Shown here: positions 17,784 through 27,493 of the stretch, in pieces
Position numbering within the stretch: the first letter of the stretch is position 1
Layout: every line of letters starts with the position of its first letter
Source of the DNA: a virus
Lineage: Duplodnaviria; Caudoviricetes
IMG/VR virus record: IMGVR_UViG_3300017909_004705
DNA: 64,000 bases
Direction: 5' to 3' (one strand)
Translations under genes and position numbers: made by a program
The notes under the pieces: generated by a model
The model's database searches: none
Told to the model about the DNA's origin: nothing
What the model saw: the letters and a program-made list of their open reading frames with translations, nothing else

Positions 17784-18329
17784 ATGAAAGTACCATATGC
17801 AAACTTTAAAACTAGAGAAGGCGACAACGATGCTGTGGGTGGTTGCACATTCATAGGCGGAACATGGAAAGATGTAGACACCACAGAAATTTTTGACAAT
17901 AAAAGGGTGGTCGTATTTGCACTGCCGGGGGCATTTACACCCACTTGTAGTTCACAACAACTTCCTGGTTATGAAGAAAAGTGCGACGACTTAAAAGCAC
18001 TAGGAGTAGATGAAGTTTATTGTCTAAGTGTAAACGATGCATTTGTGATGAATGCTTGGTTCAGAGATGAAAAAATTAACAAAGTAAAAGCAATCGGAGA
18101 CGGAGAAGGCGTGTTCACTCAGGGAATGGGTATGCTTGTCAACAAACCTAAACAAGGATTTGGAATGAGATCTTGGAGATACTCGATGCTTGTAGACAAT
18201 GGTGAGGTTGTAAAAGTATTTGAAGAACCTGGCAAGAACAATAGCAGTGATGATGACGATCCTTTTACAGTATCTGACGTTGACACAATGATAGAATATC
18301 TTAAAACTTTCAATGAGGGAAATACTTAA
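17784..18329 (+). CDS. Peroxiredoxin (Prx5 type)
   Basis: LPGAFTPTCS, SVNDAFVMNAW and GMRSWRYSM motifs. Confidence 0.92.
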   Translation: MKVPYANFKTREGDNDAVGGCTFIGGTWKDVDTTEIFDNKRVVVFALPGAFTPTCSSQQLPGYEEKCDDLKALGVDEVYCLSVNDAFVMNAWFRDEKINKVKAIGDGEGVFTQGMGMLVNKPKQGFGMRSWRYSMLVDNGEVVKVFEEPGKNNSSDDDDPFTVSDVDTMIEYLKTFNEGNT

Positions 18330-18340
18330 AAAAAATATTA

Positions 18341-18565
18341 ATGGCAGAGAAAAAATACGAACATGGATTTGTAGAAGCAAAAACGTCCGGTGGTGCTGTA
18401 TACGAGCTTGGAGTAAAAACATCCAAACACGATAAGGCTTTGAGACGATTGGCTCAGCCATTAATGGACAAATATTGGAAAGACACTGGACAAAGTGTCA
18501 CCACACTGCACCGAGTGTACAATGTAGCAAGATATCTTTTAAAAAGATCTCAGAGGCCTAAATGA
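18341..18565 (+). CDS. Hypothetical protein
   Basis: 74-aa ORF within the operon. Confidence 0.5.
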   Translation: MAEKKYEHGFVEAKTSGGAVYELGVKTSKHDKALRRLAQPLMDKYWKDTGQSVTTLHRVYNVARYLLKRSQRPK

Positions 18566-18735
18566 ACACTGTTTTTTTTGATTTTGAACCCGGAGACAGA
18601 GTAAGAAATCCAAAAGCACCAGATTGGGGTATAGGGCAAGTTCAGTCAATTATTAAAAACAAAGTAACCGTAAATTTTGAAAATGCAGGCAAGAAAACTG
18701 TTGATGGTGCTGTGGTAGATTTGGAGAGAATATAA
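18562..18735 (+). CDS. DUF3553-like small protein (57 aa, not in ORF track)
   Basis: FEPGDRVRNPKAPDWGIGQVQSIIKNKVTVNFENAGKK. Confidence 0.75.
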   Translation: MNTVFFDFEPGDRVRNPKAPDWGIGQVQSIIKNKVTVNFENAGKKTVDGAVVDLERI

Positions 18736-19055
18736 TGTACAAACCATTACCAGACGGATTGACAATACGAGAATCTGATGTGCAAGGTCTCGGTCTGTTT
18801 GCCACAAAAGATTTTGATGCAGATGTTGTGCTTGGAATAGTGCATATCCTAAATAAAAACTTTCCACACGGTAGCATAAGGACGGCCTTGGGGGCATTTT
18901 ACAATCATTCAGACAATCCCAACTGTAAGAATGTTGCAGGCTTTTGGCATCAATTACCAGTGAAATACCTAATTACAACTAAACCTATCAAGAAAGGGGA
19001 AGAACTAACAGCGGCATACACTTTGTACAAAGATTTTAATGACAAGTGGGAATAA
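18735..19055 (+). CDS. SET-domain lysine methyltransferase
   Basis: GLGLFATKD, YNHSDNPN and IKKGEELTAAY motifs. Confidence 0.88.
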   Translation: MYKPLPDGLTIRESDVQGLGLFATKDFDADVVLGIVHILNKNFPHGSIRTALGAFYNHSDNPNCKNVAGFWHQLPVKYLITTKPIKKGEELTAAYTLYKDFNDKWE

Positions 19056-19067
19056 ATCTGTTATACT
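19039..19067 (+). promoter_or_regulatory. Sigma70-type promoter
   Basis: ATGACA-N17-TATACT with a TG extension, 6 nt before ATG 19074. Confidence 0.45.
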
Positions 19068-19073
19068 AATACT

Positions 19074-20240
19074 ATGAAAATATTTTATATGGGACTTGAG
19101 TCGTATCAGGCACGATACACTTATCAATTGACTGACTGGACAAAAAGAGCATATGACAAACGAGGAATGAAGTATGAAATTGTTCCTGGCGACACAATAG
19201 ATGATTCAGAGGCCATTGTTACTGGGCAAGTGCTAGACGCACATGGAAGAAGTTACTTTGGCATGAGCCAAATGATGAACTTGGTCAAGATGTTGAAAGC
19301 AGGGGAGATCACTAGCAATGACGCAGTGTTCTTCGAAGACATGTTTCAACCTGGAATGGAATCACTTCCTTACATACTGCAACAGACCCCGGAGAAATAC
19401 AGGCCAACAATATATTTGCGATGCTTGGCACAGGCGATCGACCCAGATGACTTTGTTCACGTATGGGGAATGAGTAAATGGATGAGCCTATATGAACAGA
19501 TGTGCAACGAGATCCCAAATGTTGTTATTCTTGCCAGCAATGAAGAAATGGTGGCAAACATGAGGATAGCAAACTGGAAGGCACCAATATACAACATATC
19601 AGGATTGAGTTTTGGCAAGGAAGAAGTTCAAGGCAGAGTTGAGCAAAAACCTTTCATGGAGAGAAAGAACAGAGTCGTGTTTGGTGCAAGATGGGATCAA
19701 GAGAAACAACCACAGTTCTTCATGGACATGATTACTAAATTCAAGGAGAAACATCCAGAAACAGAATTTGCAATATGCCAAGGCGGACCTTTAAGATCCA
19801 ATAACAAATATTATGTTGACGAAGCAAGGCATCTTGAAAAGAAAGGTTTACTTACAATACATGAAGATCTTAAGAAGAACGAATACTATGAGATACTTGC
19901 TGATTCAAGAGTGTTATTCAATTGTGCTTTACAGGACTGGACATCAAACACTGTGTCTGAAGCAGATGCTTTAGGTTGTAATGTGTTGTTTCCAGCATAC
20001 AGGTCATTCCCGGAAGTGTTCGCAAACGATCACACAAGACTATACGTGCCATGGTCACACGAGGACGCAATGACCAAACTAGAATTACTATTAAGCAAAC
20101 CATCCCCTAGTATGGGTCAAATATCCGATTGGACCAACGGCACAATCGACAGGATGTTGGACATCATGACAGGCAAGGGCGAACAATGGAGAAGAGATGG
20201 ATCCCACTACAGGACACCAGTATCAGAGTCCAAATATTAA
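19074..20240 (+). CDS. GT-B fold glycosyltransferase
   Basis: VVFGARWDQEKQP, YYEILADSRVLFNCALQD..SNTVSEA..LGC..L.P.YRSFPE. Confidence 0.75.
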   Translation: MKIFYMGLESYQARYTYQLTDWTKRAYDKRGMKYEIVPGDTIDDSEAIVTGQVLDAHGRSYFGMSQMMNLVKMLKAGEITSNDAVFFEDMFQPGMESLPYILQQTPEKYRPTIYLRCLAQAIDPDDFVHVWGMSKWMSLYEQMCNEIPNVVILASNEEMVANMRIANWKAPIYNISGLSFGKEEVQGRVEQKPFMERKNRVVFGARWDQEKQPQFFMDMITKFKEKHPETEFAICQGGPLRSNNKYYVDEARHLEKKGLLTIHEDLKKNEYYEILADSRVLFNCALQDWTSNTVSEADALGCNVLFPAYRSFPEVFANDHTRLYVPWSHEDAMTKLELLLSKPSPSMGQISDWTNGTIDRMLDIMTGKGEQWRRDGSHYRTPVSESKY

Positions 20241-21228
20241 GAACGTAACCAAAGCAGTATTGGTAACAGGTGGCGCAGGCTACGTTGGCTCACACACTTG
20301 TAAACTACTTGCCAAGAACGGGTACCTGCCGATCACAGTAGACAGGCACTTCAGAGAAGGCTTGGTGTCATACGGACCAACGCACAACTACACTCTGCCA
20401 CAGGAAGTAGACAGACTTGATGAAATCATAAAGCGATACAACATATCCAGTTGCATACATTTTGCAGGCAGTACCAGTGTTCCAGAAAGTGTTGAAAATC
20501 CTTCACTGTACTACAAAAACAATTTTGTGGTCACCCTATCTCTTTTAGACAAATTGATAAGTTGTGGAGTGAAAACATTTGTGTATAGTTCTAGTGCGGC
20601 CACATATGGTGATCCAGGTCTAAATAAATGCAAGGAAACAGATGTTCCAAGACCGATCAGTGCCTATGGAGGTAGTAAATTAATGATGGAGATGTTGTGC
20701 AAGGATTACATGACCGCGTACGGATTGTCAAGTGTTGGACTTAGGTATTTCAATGCCGCTGGCGCTGATCCTGAAGCGGAGATAGGTGAGTTGCGTGACA
20801 AGGAAACACACATAGTACCATTGGCAATAAATGCCGCCAGACAAGGCAATACGTTCAAGATATTCGGAGACAAGTATCCAACAGAGGACGGCACGTGTGT
20901 AAGAGATTATGTCCACGTGATGGATCTGGCAGACGCACACATAAAGGCACTAAATTACGCTTCAGAAAATTTGACCTCTGAAGTTTTTAATCTCGGTTCG
21001 GGTGCTCCTGCTTCAAACAAACAGTTGGTAGAAACAATTCAAAAATACACAGGTAAAATGAACATTGAAATATGGGGAAACAGGCCAGGAGACCCAGCGT
21101 ATCTCGTGGCAGACATAGAAAAAGCCAAGAAGATATTAAAGTGGGAGCCAACACAAAGTTCAATTGACAACGTGGTGGCAACTGCTGTAAAATGGTATAA
21201 CAAGACGCACAAAAAGGAAATACAATAA
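20197..21228 (+). CDS. galE: UDP-glucose 4-epimerase
   Basis: TGGAGYVGSH, SSSAATYG, YGGSK, LRYFNAAGA and DGTCVRDYVHV motifs. Confidence 0.92.
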   Translation: MDPTTGHQYQSPNIKNVTKAVLVTGGAGYVGSHTCKLLAKNGYLPITVDRHFREGLVSYGPTHNYTLPQEVDRLDEIIKRYNISSCIHFAGSTSVPESVENPSLYYKNNFVVTLSLLDKLISCGVKTFVYSSSAATYGDPGLNKCKETDVPRPISAYGGSKLMMEMLCKDYMTAYGLSSVGLRYFNAAGADPEAEIGELRDKETHIVPLAINAARQGNTFKIFGDKYPTEDGTCVRDYVHVMDLADAHIKALNYASENLTSEVFNLGSGAPASNKQLVETIQKYTGKMNIEIWGNRPGDPAYLVADIEKAKKILKWEPTQSSIDNVVATAVKWYNKTHKKEIQ

Positions 21229-21941
21229 TGAGTGAAGATATTTTGAAAGACAGTTGGGTTCCGGAAGGTCCTATCAGTAAAACTATCAAAGAAAGAATCA
21301 AAAGAGCTGGCAAGAGATTTCATTCTAACGATAACATCTCTGAGTTCATAGAAGATGGTGAAATGGATCTACTACAAGCAGAAGTACAAGAGAAACTACA
21401 AGGTGTGTTAGACAGTCTTGTTATTGACACAGAGAACGATCACAACACGCAGGAGACTGCAAAACGTGTTGCCAAGATGTATATCAGAGAAACATTTGGT
21501 GGCAGATTTAAGCCAGCACCGAGAGTTACAAGTTTCCCCAATATGGGGTACAAGAGCATGTACACTAGTGGTCCGATATCAATTAGATCAACGTGTGCCC
21601 ACCACTTCCAGAACATCGTAGGTAAGGCATGGGTTGGCATCATACCAAATGGAGAAGTTATTGGATTAAGCAAATTTAATAGGATTGTACATCACATAGT
21701 AGAAAGACCACAGATACAAGAAGAGATGACTACACAGATCGCAGATGAATTGAAGAAATATGCTAAGACTAACAACCTCGCAGTAGTGGTCAAAGCAGAG
21801 CATCACTGCATGACGCACAGAGGTGTAAGAGAACATGAGTCTGATATGACAACAGCAATCATGCTTGGAGCATTCAAAGAAGATCCTGCAACAAGAGACG
21901 AATTTTACAAAATTTGCATGAGCATGAAAGGACACGGATAA
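21228..21941 (+). CDS. folE: GTP cyclohydrolase I
   Basis: STCAHH, IGLSKFNR, RPQIQEEMT and AEHHCMTHRGV motifs. Confidence 0.95.
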   Translation: MSEDILKDSWVPEGPISKTIKERIKRAGKRFHSNDNISEFIEDGEMDLLQAEVQEKLQGVLDSLVIDTENDHNTQETAKRVAKMYIRETFGGRFKPAPRVTSFPNMGYKSMYTSGPISIRSTCAHHFQNIVGKAWVGIIPNGEVIGLSKFNRIVHHIVERPQIQEEMTTQIADELKKYAKTNNLAVVVKAEHHCMTHRGVREHESDMTTAIMLGAFKEDPATRDEFYKICMSMKGHG

Positions 21942-22177
21942 TGACAGAGTTCACACACGGTATCCAGGGAGCAATCAAGAAATTAGTTACTGGATCTAGT
22001 GTGGGACTTGCTATAATTTACACATTAGGTCATATCGTTATCGCAATGACAGTTGTCTATTGTATGACTGGCGCAAGTTTATGGCAGGCAGGTGCTGTTG
22101 CTTTGATTGAACCATCGATAAACGGAATTTGGTTCTACGTATTGCACTCTGCTTGGAAAAAGTACAAGGGTTTATAA
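21941..22177 (+). CDS. DUF2061-like small membrane protein
   Basis: IYTLGHIVIA..TGAS...AG.VALIEP..NG.WFYVLH..W; start reassigned. Confidence 0.6.
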   Translation: MTEFTHGIQGAIKKLVTGSSVGLAIIYTLGHIVIAMTVVYCMTGASLWQAGAVALIEPSINGIWFYVLHSAWKKYKGL

Positions 22178-22449
22178 TGTCTAAAAAAAGTGAAAAACAA
22201 AAACAAGCACAGGTACAATCAGACGCCATTGAAATGGACGGATTTAGTCAAGGAGTGACGTACGGAGGGAGTTTTGAAATGGAAAACGGAATGAGTGACA
22301 TGACATACTCATTTGGTGACGTAGGGCAACTAGATTTATTTTCAGAGGAAGATCTTAGAGAAAAATATCCAGCACTGAAACAGGCATGGGAACATTATCA
22401 AAGTGTTTTAGAAGTTTGCAAAACAAAGGAAAATGAAGATGAGGATTAA
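22177..22449 (+). CDS. Hypothetical protein
   Basis: LREKYPALKQAWEHYQ; start reassigned to the coupled ATG. Confidence 0.55.
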   Translation: MSKKSEKQKQAQVQSDAIEMDGFSQGVTYGGSFEMENGMSDMTYSFGDVGQLDLFSEEDLREKYPALKQAWEHYQSVLEVCKTKENEDED

Positions 22450-23491
22450 CACCGAACCAAAATTAAATTTTGAAGACGTTTTACTACAGCCTAAACGTAG
22501 CACACTGTCAAGCAGAAGAGATGTAGACATGACTAGGAAATTTACATTTAGGAATTCAGGCAAGGTGATGGACTTCCTGCCAATATTTGCAAGTAACATG
22601 GATGGAGTTGGGACTTTTTCCATGGCCAAGGAAATGCAAAAGCACAAAATGATGACTGTAATTACAAAGACAACCACGGCAGAACAATGGAAAGCGGCCG
22701 CAGGCACAGGATTAAGAATGCAGTCAGTATCTGTGTGTACAGGAACGAACGTCATGTGGGATCCAGAAGCACCTGATTGGGCAACAATGACCAAGGTGTT
22801 AGAAATGTTTCCAGACGTGAAAATGATCACAGTAGATGTCGCGAACGCATATCATCAGAACATGGTGGATTTCATCAAAAAGGTTAGAGACAAATACGCC
22901 GACAAGGTTATAATAGCAGGGAATGTCGTCACGCCAGAAATGACCGAAGAATTGATTATAAATGGTGCTGACGTTGTCAAGATTGGCATAGGGCCAGGAT
23001 CAGTTTGCACGACAAGAACAATGACTGGTGTTGGTGTGCCGCAGTTCTCAGCGATAGTTGACTGCTCAGATGCCGCTAATGGCGTTGGTGGACACATCAT
23101 GGCAGATGGTGGTTGTGTACACCCAGGAGACATAGCCAAAGCATTTGGTGGCGGAGCCCACATGGTAATGATAGGCGGAATGCTGGCAGGACACGATGAA
23201 TCCGAACAGCCGGTGGTAGATGGCAAAATAGAATTTTATGGCATGAGCTCAGATAGAGCCAGAGAAAAGCATGGCAAACGTAAGGATGGATACAGAGGAA
23301 ATGAAGGAAGGCTAATATCTTTACCACACAGGGGACCTGTTGAACCAACTCTAGAGGACATACTGGGTGGAGTAAGAAGTGCTTGTACGTACATAGGTGC
23401 AAGAAGATTGAAAGACATGGCCAAGTGTGCAAGTTTTGTGACAACAAATAACGTAATCAACAGGGTATATGAAAAATACACCACCGGTTAG
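22433..23491 (+). CDS. guaC: GMP reductase
   Basis: KLNFEDVLLQPKRSTLSSR, DVANAY, GIGPGSVCTTR, ADGGC and FYGMSS motifs. Confidence 0.93.
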   Translation: MKMRINTEPKLNFEDVLLQPKRSTLSSRRDVDMTRKFTFRNSGKVMDFLPIFASNMDGVGTFSMAKEMQKHKMMTVITKTTTAEQWKAAAGTGLRMQSVSVCTGTNVMWDPEAPDWATMTKVLEMFPDVKMITVDVANAYHQNMVDFIKKVRDKYADKVIIAGNVVTPEMTEELIINGADVVKIGIGPGSVCTTRTMTGVGVPQFSAIVDCSDAANGVGGHIMADGGCVHPGDIAKAFGGGAHMVMIGGMLAGHDESEQPVVDGKIEFYGMSSDRAREKHGKRKDGYRGNEGRLISLPHRGPVEPTLEDILGGVRSACTYIGARRLKDMAKCASFVTTNNVINRVYEKYTTG

Positions 23492-23714
23492 AAAGCCTTA
23501 TCAAGCATTGGCATGGTTTGGCACCATAGCACTAATAGTAGGTGCGTGTATGACAGCACTGAACATATATCCGTTGAATGTGTATGTGTGTGTAATTGCA
23601 AACGGTTTATGGCTATGGTGTGGTTGGTTGTGGAGAGAACCAAGCGTGATCGGTTTGAACTTTGCAATGACGATCATCTACGTGGCAGGAACAATTAATG
23701 TATTTTTAAAATGA
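23469..23714 (+). CDS. Small 3-TM membrane protein
   Basis: Hydrophobic; NIYPLN motif. Confidence 0.6.
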   Translation: MKNTPPVRKPYQALAWFGTIALIVGACMTALNIYPLNVYVCVIANGLWLWCGWLWREPSVIGLNFAMTIIYVAGTINVFLK

Positions 23715-24175
23715 CAATGGATACTAACAAGAGTTATTTTACAACAGGTCAAATGCGTAATGCGTTGATTCAGATTGAGGACAAGATGGTACATTCAAAC
23801 TGGATGCCAAGTATCATACTGGGAATAAACAGAGGTGGATGCATACCCGGTGTGTATCTATCACACAGACTCAACACTGCACATGAAGTTTTAGATATCA
23901 GGCTGAGGGATCATAAATCAAAACCTGATCTACGTGTTTTGGAAAAAGCATTTGCGTTCCAAAAGAAAATTCTAATCATAGATGACATAAATGATTCAGG
24001 AGCGACTTTTCAATATATTTTAGATAATTTTGGTAAACACGATCAAAGAATAAAGTTTGCCGCACTTATACACAACAAACCTAGTAAAGTAAAAGTAGAT
24101 TACCATGGGTACGAGATTAACAAAGATGAAGTGCCAGCATGGATAGTATTTCCATGGGAAGAATGGGACAAATAA
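23711..24175 (+). CDS. Purine (xanthine/guanine) phosphoribosyltransferase
   Basis: INRGGCIPG, ILIIDDINDSGAT PRPP-binding motif and WIVFPWE. Confidence 0.85.
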   Translation: MTMDTNKSYFTTGQMRNALIQIEDKMVHSNWMPSIILGINRGGCIPGVYLSHRLNTAHEVLDIRLRDHKSKPDLRVLEKAFAFQKKILIIDDINDSGATFQYILDNFGKHDQRIKFAALIHNKPSKVKVDYHGYEINKDEVPAWIVFPWEEWDK

Positions 24176-24188
24176 ACTAAAGGTTGTG

Positions 24189-24217
24189 TTGACACCATAC
24201 TAAGAACCTAGTAAAAT
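24189..24217 (+). promoter_or_regulatory. Sigma70-type promoter
   Basis: TTGACA-N17-TAAAAT; AGGAGG RBS before ATG 24253. Confidence 0.7.
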
Positions 24218-24252
24218 TTACATACATTAATAAAAACCTATAGGAGGACTTA

Positions 24253-25545
24253 ATGTTAGAAAAACTATTTGGTCTAACAAAAGCCAAGACATCAGTGAAG
24301 ACTGAGATAATGGCTGGCGTGGCCACTTTCCTAACAATGGCCTATATCACGGTGGTCAATCCAGCGATACTTTCAACGGAAGGTTCCGGAATGGACTTCG
24401 GTGCTGTTTTTACAGCAACGATTATTGCCGCAGTGGTAGGAACATTGATTATGGGGTTATGGGCCAATTGGCCTGTGGCACTTGCACCAGGTATGGGACT
24501 TAATGCGTTCTTTACGTTTGGTGTAATATTTGGAATGGGATATACTTTCCAACAGGCACTTGCCGCTGTATTTGTAGCGGGTATAGTGTTTATTGGATTA
24601 TCAGTAACACCTGCTAGGAAGTATATCATCAATTCAATTCCGAGAAGTATGAAACTAGGCGTTGGGGCCGGCATAGGATTATTCCTTGCCATCATAGGCT
24701 TCAAGAACGCAGGGATCGTGGTTGATCATCCTGCCACTCTAGTCGGACTTGGAGACATCTCAAGTTGGCCTGTGTTATTAGCAGGTCTAGGTTTTGCTGT
24801 AATGGCAATCCTTGACAAGAGAAAAGTTCCGGGTGCAATTATCATCGGAATATTAGCAGTCAGCATCATCGCTTGGGTATTTGGAGTATCCGATCTTAAT
24901 GGTGTTGCGGGTGCGATACCTAGTCCGGCTCATGCTTTCAGTCTAGACTTTAGTCTGATAGCGACGGCAGGATTCATTGGTACTGCGTTTGCATTCTTGT
25001 TCGTGGACTTCATGGACACGGCAGGTACCTTGACTTCAGTTGCTAACCTTACAGGCAAGGTGAACAAGAACGGAGAAGTTGAAGGGATTGACAAGGCGTT
25101 GCTATCAGATTCTGTTGCAACATCTGTTGGTGCATTGGCAGGAACATCAAACACCACTTCATATATTGAAAGTGGTGCTGGTATCAAAGAAGGCGGAAAG
25201 ACTGGACTTACGGCAGTGACAGTGGCAGTGCTATTTTTGGCCTGTCTGTTCTTTGCTCCGTTGGCTCAGAGTATCCCGGCGTTCGCTACTGCACCGGCAT
25301 TGATATTCATCGCAACATACTTCTTGAGGAACCTCAAGGACATCGATTGGGATGATGTGAGTGAATACGCACCGGCCGTATTGGCGGCTGTTATCATGCC
25401 ACTGACATTCAGTATCGCATATGGTATAGCACTGGGTTTCATAGCCTACGTGGTTATCAAAGCGGCGAGTGGAAGACAAGCAGAACTTAACGGCGGCAGT
25501 CTGGCGATTGCGGCGGTAAGTTTACTTTACTTCGTAGCAGTATAA
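24253..25545 (+). CDS. NCS2/AzgA-family guanine/hypoxanthine permease
   Basis: EIMAGVATFLTMAYI.VVNP, APGMGLNAFF and YIESGAGIKEGGKTGLT motifs; many TM segments. Confidence 0.92.
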   Translation: MLEKLFGLTKAKTSVKTEIMAGVATFLTMAYITVVNPAILSTEGSGMDFGAVFTATIIAAVVGTLIMGLWANWPVALAPGMGLNAFFTFGVIFGMGYTFQQALAAVFVAGIVFIGLSVTPARKYIINSIPRSMKLGVGAGIGLFLAIIGFKNAGIVVDHPATLVGLGDISSWPVLLAGLGFAVMAILDKRKVPGAIIIGILAVSIIAWVFGVSDLNGVAGAIPSPAHAFSLDFSLIATAGFIGTAFAFLFVDFMDTAGTLTSVANLTGKVNKNGEVEGIDKALLSDSVATSVGALAGTSNTTSYIESGAGIKEGGKTGLTAVTVAVLFLACLFFAPLAQSIPAFATAPALIFIATYFLRNLKDIDWDDVSEYAPAVLAAVIMPLTFSIAYGIALGFIAYVVIKAASGRQAELNGGSLAIAAVSLLYFVAV

Positions 25546-25550
25546 GTTTG

Positions 25551-25573
25551 TGGGGGGAATTAATTTTCCCCCA
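25551..25573 (+). terminator. GC-rich hairpin after the permease gene
   Basis: TGGGGGGAA-TTAAT-TTTCCCCCA; the U-tract is weak and the hairpin abuts the next -35 box. Confidence 0.5.
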
Positions 25574-25602
25574 TTGACAAAACATCTAAATACATTTATA
25601 AT
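25574..25602 (+). promoter_or_regulatory. Perfect sigma70 promoter with embedded TAAATA
   Basis: TTGACA-N17-TATAAT, with TAAATA at 25587-25592. Confidence 0.8.
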
Positions 25603-25613
25603 AAGAGAACATC

Positions 25614-26012
25614 ATGGGAAACATAGCAGGAAAAATTTGGGGACAAACAGAACTAATAGAAGCAAATGGTTCTTGTGAATTCCATAGGATTGATTTTGTA
25701 AAAGGTGGCACGTGTTCAAAGCACAAACACGAATACAAATGGAATGGTTTCTACGTGATGTCAGGCGAGATGAAAATCCGTGTGTGGCAAAAGGACTACG
25801 ACCTAGTAGACGAGACCATACTTAAAGCCGGTGACTACACAGCCGTAAAGCCAGGACTATATCACTCATTTGAGGGATTGGAAGACGGTGTTGCGTTTGA
25901 ATTGTACTGGGCGGAATTCAGACACAACGATATACAAAGAGAAAGTGTTGGTCATTTACAAACAGGCAACGTGGTAAGGCTTGATAAGAAAAATGACAAA
26001 ACACGAAAATAA
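25614..26012 (+). CDS. Cupin-domain protein
   Basis: GKIWG..CSKHKHEYKWNGFYV.SG..KPGLYHSF..AFELYW. Confidence 0.8.
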   Translation: MGNIAGKIWGQTELIEANGSCEFHRIDFVKGGTCSKHKHEYKWNGFYVMSGEMKIRVWQKDYDLVDETILKAGDYTAVKPGLYHSFEGLEDGVAFELYWAEFRHNDIQRESVGHLQTGNVVRLDKKNDKTRK

Positions 26013-27024
26013 GATTCCAATAAAAGGTTACGCTACATTTGACCCGCTGAAACATTGCGTGATAGGATCAGCCTTCAAGCCAGACTGGTTCAAGCATCTG
26101 TCAATATATAAGAACGATAAGATAATGGATCCACTAAAGCGGATAGCCGAGGAAACTGAGGAAGACTTTGAGACCCTGGAAAAGATATTGAAAGACGCTG
26201 GTGTTAAGACATACAGGACTTTCCTAGACATCAACAAAGTTGGAGGACTTGATAATGTTTTTCAACCTCCCGTATGTCCGAGAGATCACTTCGCCACTAT
26301 TGGCGAAACGTTCTATGCGGTAGGGAATGGAGCGAAAGGGTATATCGACATTATCAAAAGCATAGACAAGAAGGACACCTATTATGGATTGCAATGGCAC
26401 GGCAAGTATGATAAAATGCAAGTGTCGACAGCACAGATAGTCAGGGTGGGAAAAGACCTTTGGTGGGACATTCCAAAGACAGTCCCTAAAGAAGTTTCTG
26501 ACACATTGATACAACGTTGGACAGATGAAGGTTTTAGAGTGCATACTAGTCACAGGGGATATCATAACGATGGAGTTTTCTGTGTGGTCAAGCCTGGCTG
26601 TATAATTTCACTGCATGACATACAGAATTACGATAAAGAGTTTCCAGGTTGGGACGTGCTGTATCTACCGGACAGATTGTGGCCCGAATCAAGTGCCTTT
26701 ACAAAGATGAAAAAAGAAGCAGGCGGACGATGGTGGCTGAAAGGTGAGGAACATAACGCACAATTGATTGAATTTGTAAACACTTGGCTAAAGGAATGGG
26801 TTGGATTTGTAGAAGAAACTGTGTTTGATGTAAACATGCTCTCCATAGATCAAAATACAGTGATCTGCAACAGTCATAACAAAGAAATAGCAGACTTTTT
26901 TAAAAAACATAAAGTTGAACCAATTATTTTTAATTTTAGGCACAGGTATTTTTGGGATGGCGGAATACACTGCATCACACAGGACCTGTACAGAGAAGGC
27001 ACACAGGAGGATTATTTTGGCTGA
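25993..27024 (+). CDS. Pentein-family (glycine amidinotransferase-like) protein
   Basis: FDPLKHCVIG, CPRD, HNDGVF, FDVNML and RYFWDGGIHCIT motifs. Confidence 0.8.
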   Translation: MTKHENKIPIKGYATFDPLKHCVIGSAFKPDWFKHLSIYKNDKIMDPLKRIAEETEEDFETLEKILKDAGVKTYRTFLDINKVGGLDNVFQPPVCPRDHFATIGETFYAVGNGAKGYIDIIKSIDKKDTYYGLQWHGKYDKMQVSTAQIVRVGKDLWWDIPKTVPKEVSDTLIQRWTDEGFRVHTSHRGYHNDGVFCVVKPGCIISLHDIQNYDKEFPGWDVLYLPDRLWPESSAFTKMKKEAGGRWWLKGEEHNAQLIEFVNTWLKEWVGFVEETVFDVNMLSIDQNTVICNSHNKEIADFFKKHKVEPIIFNFRHRYFWDGGIHCITQDLYREGTQEDYFG

Positions 27025-27493
27025 CATATATCACATTTGGGCTGATCATAAGCAGGGCGTTGACTCATATGACTTTGCAAACAAAATGCGAAAGTTTCTT
27101 GATGGTTTGGTTGAGATGGGCAGGATGAAAAACTATAGGCTTACCAGATCTAAACTTGGATTCAGATCCATGGACATGCCAGAATTCCACATCATGATGG
27201 AATTCAACAACATTCAACAACTAGACGACGCAATGACATCTATATTGCGAAATGAAAAGCACATAGATGAGACCCATGTGTCATTCAATCAGTTGGTAAA
27301 CAAAGACACAATCCAGCATTTTTTATACAGGGATTTTCCAGACGAGTTGACAGAAAACCAACCGCAAGTTAAAATACAAGAGCAAGTGAAAATAAAGATA
27401 GATCCGGAAATGGAAAAAAAAATGCGAGGTTCATACACAGTCGATGAAATAGTAAAATCAATGAAGGAGCAATACCCAGACATATGGAAGTAG
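27017..27493 (+). CDS. DUF6614-like protein
   Basis: TTG start after CAGGAGG; IYHIWAD..RLTRSKLGF..PEFHIMMEF...QLD.A..HFLYRDFPD. Confidence 0.6.
   Translation: MADIYHIWADHKQGVDSYDFANKMRKFLDGLVEMGRMKNYRLTRSKLGFRSMDMPEFHIMMEFNNIQQLDDAMTSILRNEKHIDETHVSFNQLVNKDTIQHFLYRDFPDELTENQPQVKIQEQVKIKIDPEMEKKMRGSYTVDEIVKSMKEQYPDIWK

Noticed and set aside
21164-21193. TTGACA-N18-TAAAAT inside galE as an internal folE promoter
   Set aside because: It is plausible but lies in coding sequence with suboptimal spacing, so it is not supportable without TSS data.
8642-21941. Tetrahydrobiopterin pathway (FolE + QueD-like + PCD)
   Set aside because: No aromatic amino-acid hydroxylase was seen; queE and dpdA explain folE better, and the PCD lies in the late cluster.
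24176-24252. Purine riboswitch upstream of the NCS2 permease
   Set aside because: Only about 30 nt of leader follows the promoter, with no aptamer structure.
21100-27490. preQ1 riboswitch before folE or queE
   Set aside because: Both genes overlap their upstream ORFs, so there is no leader.
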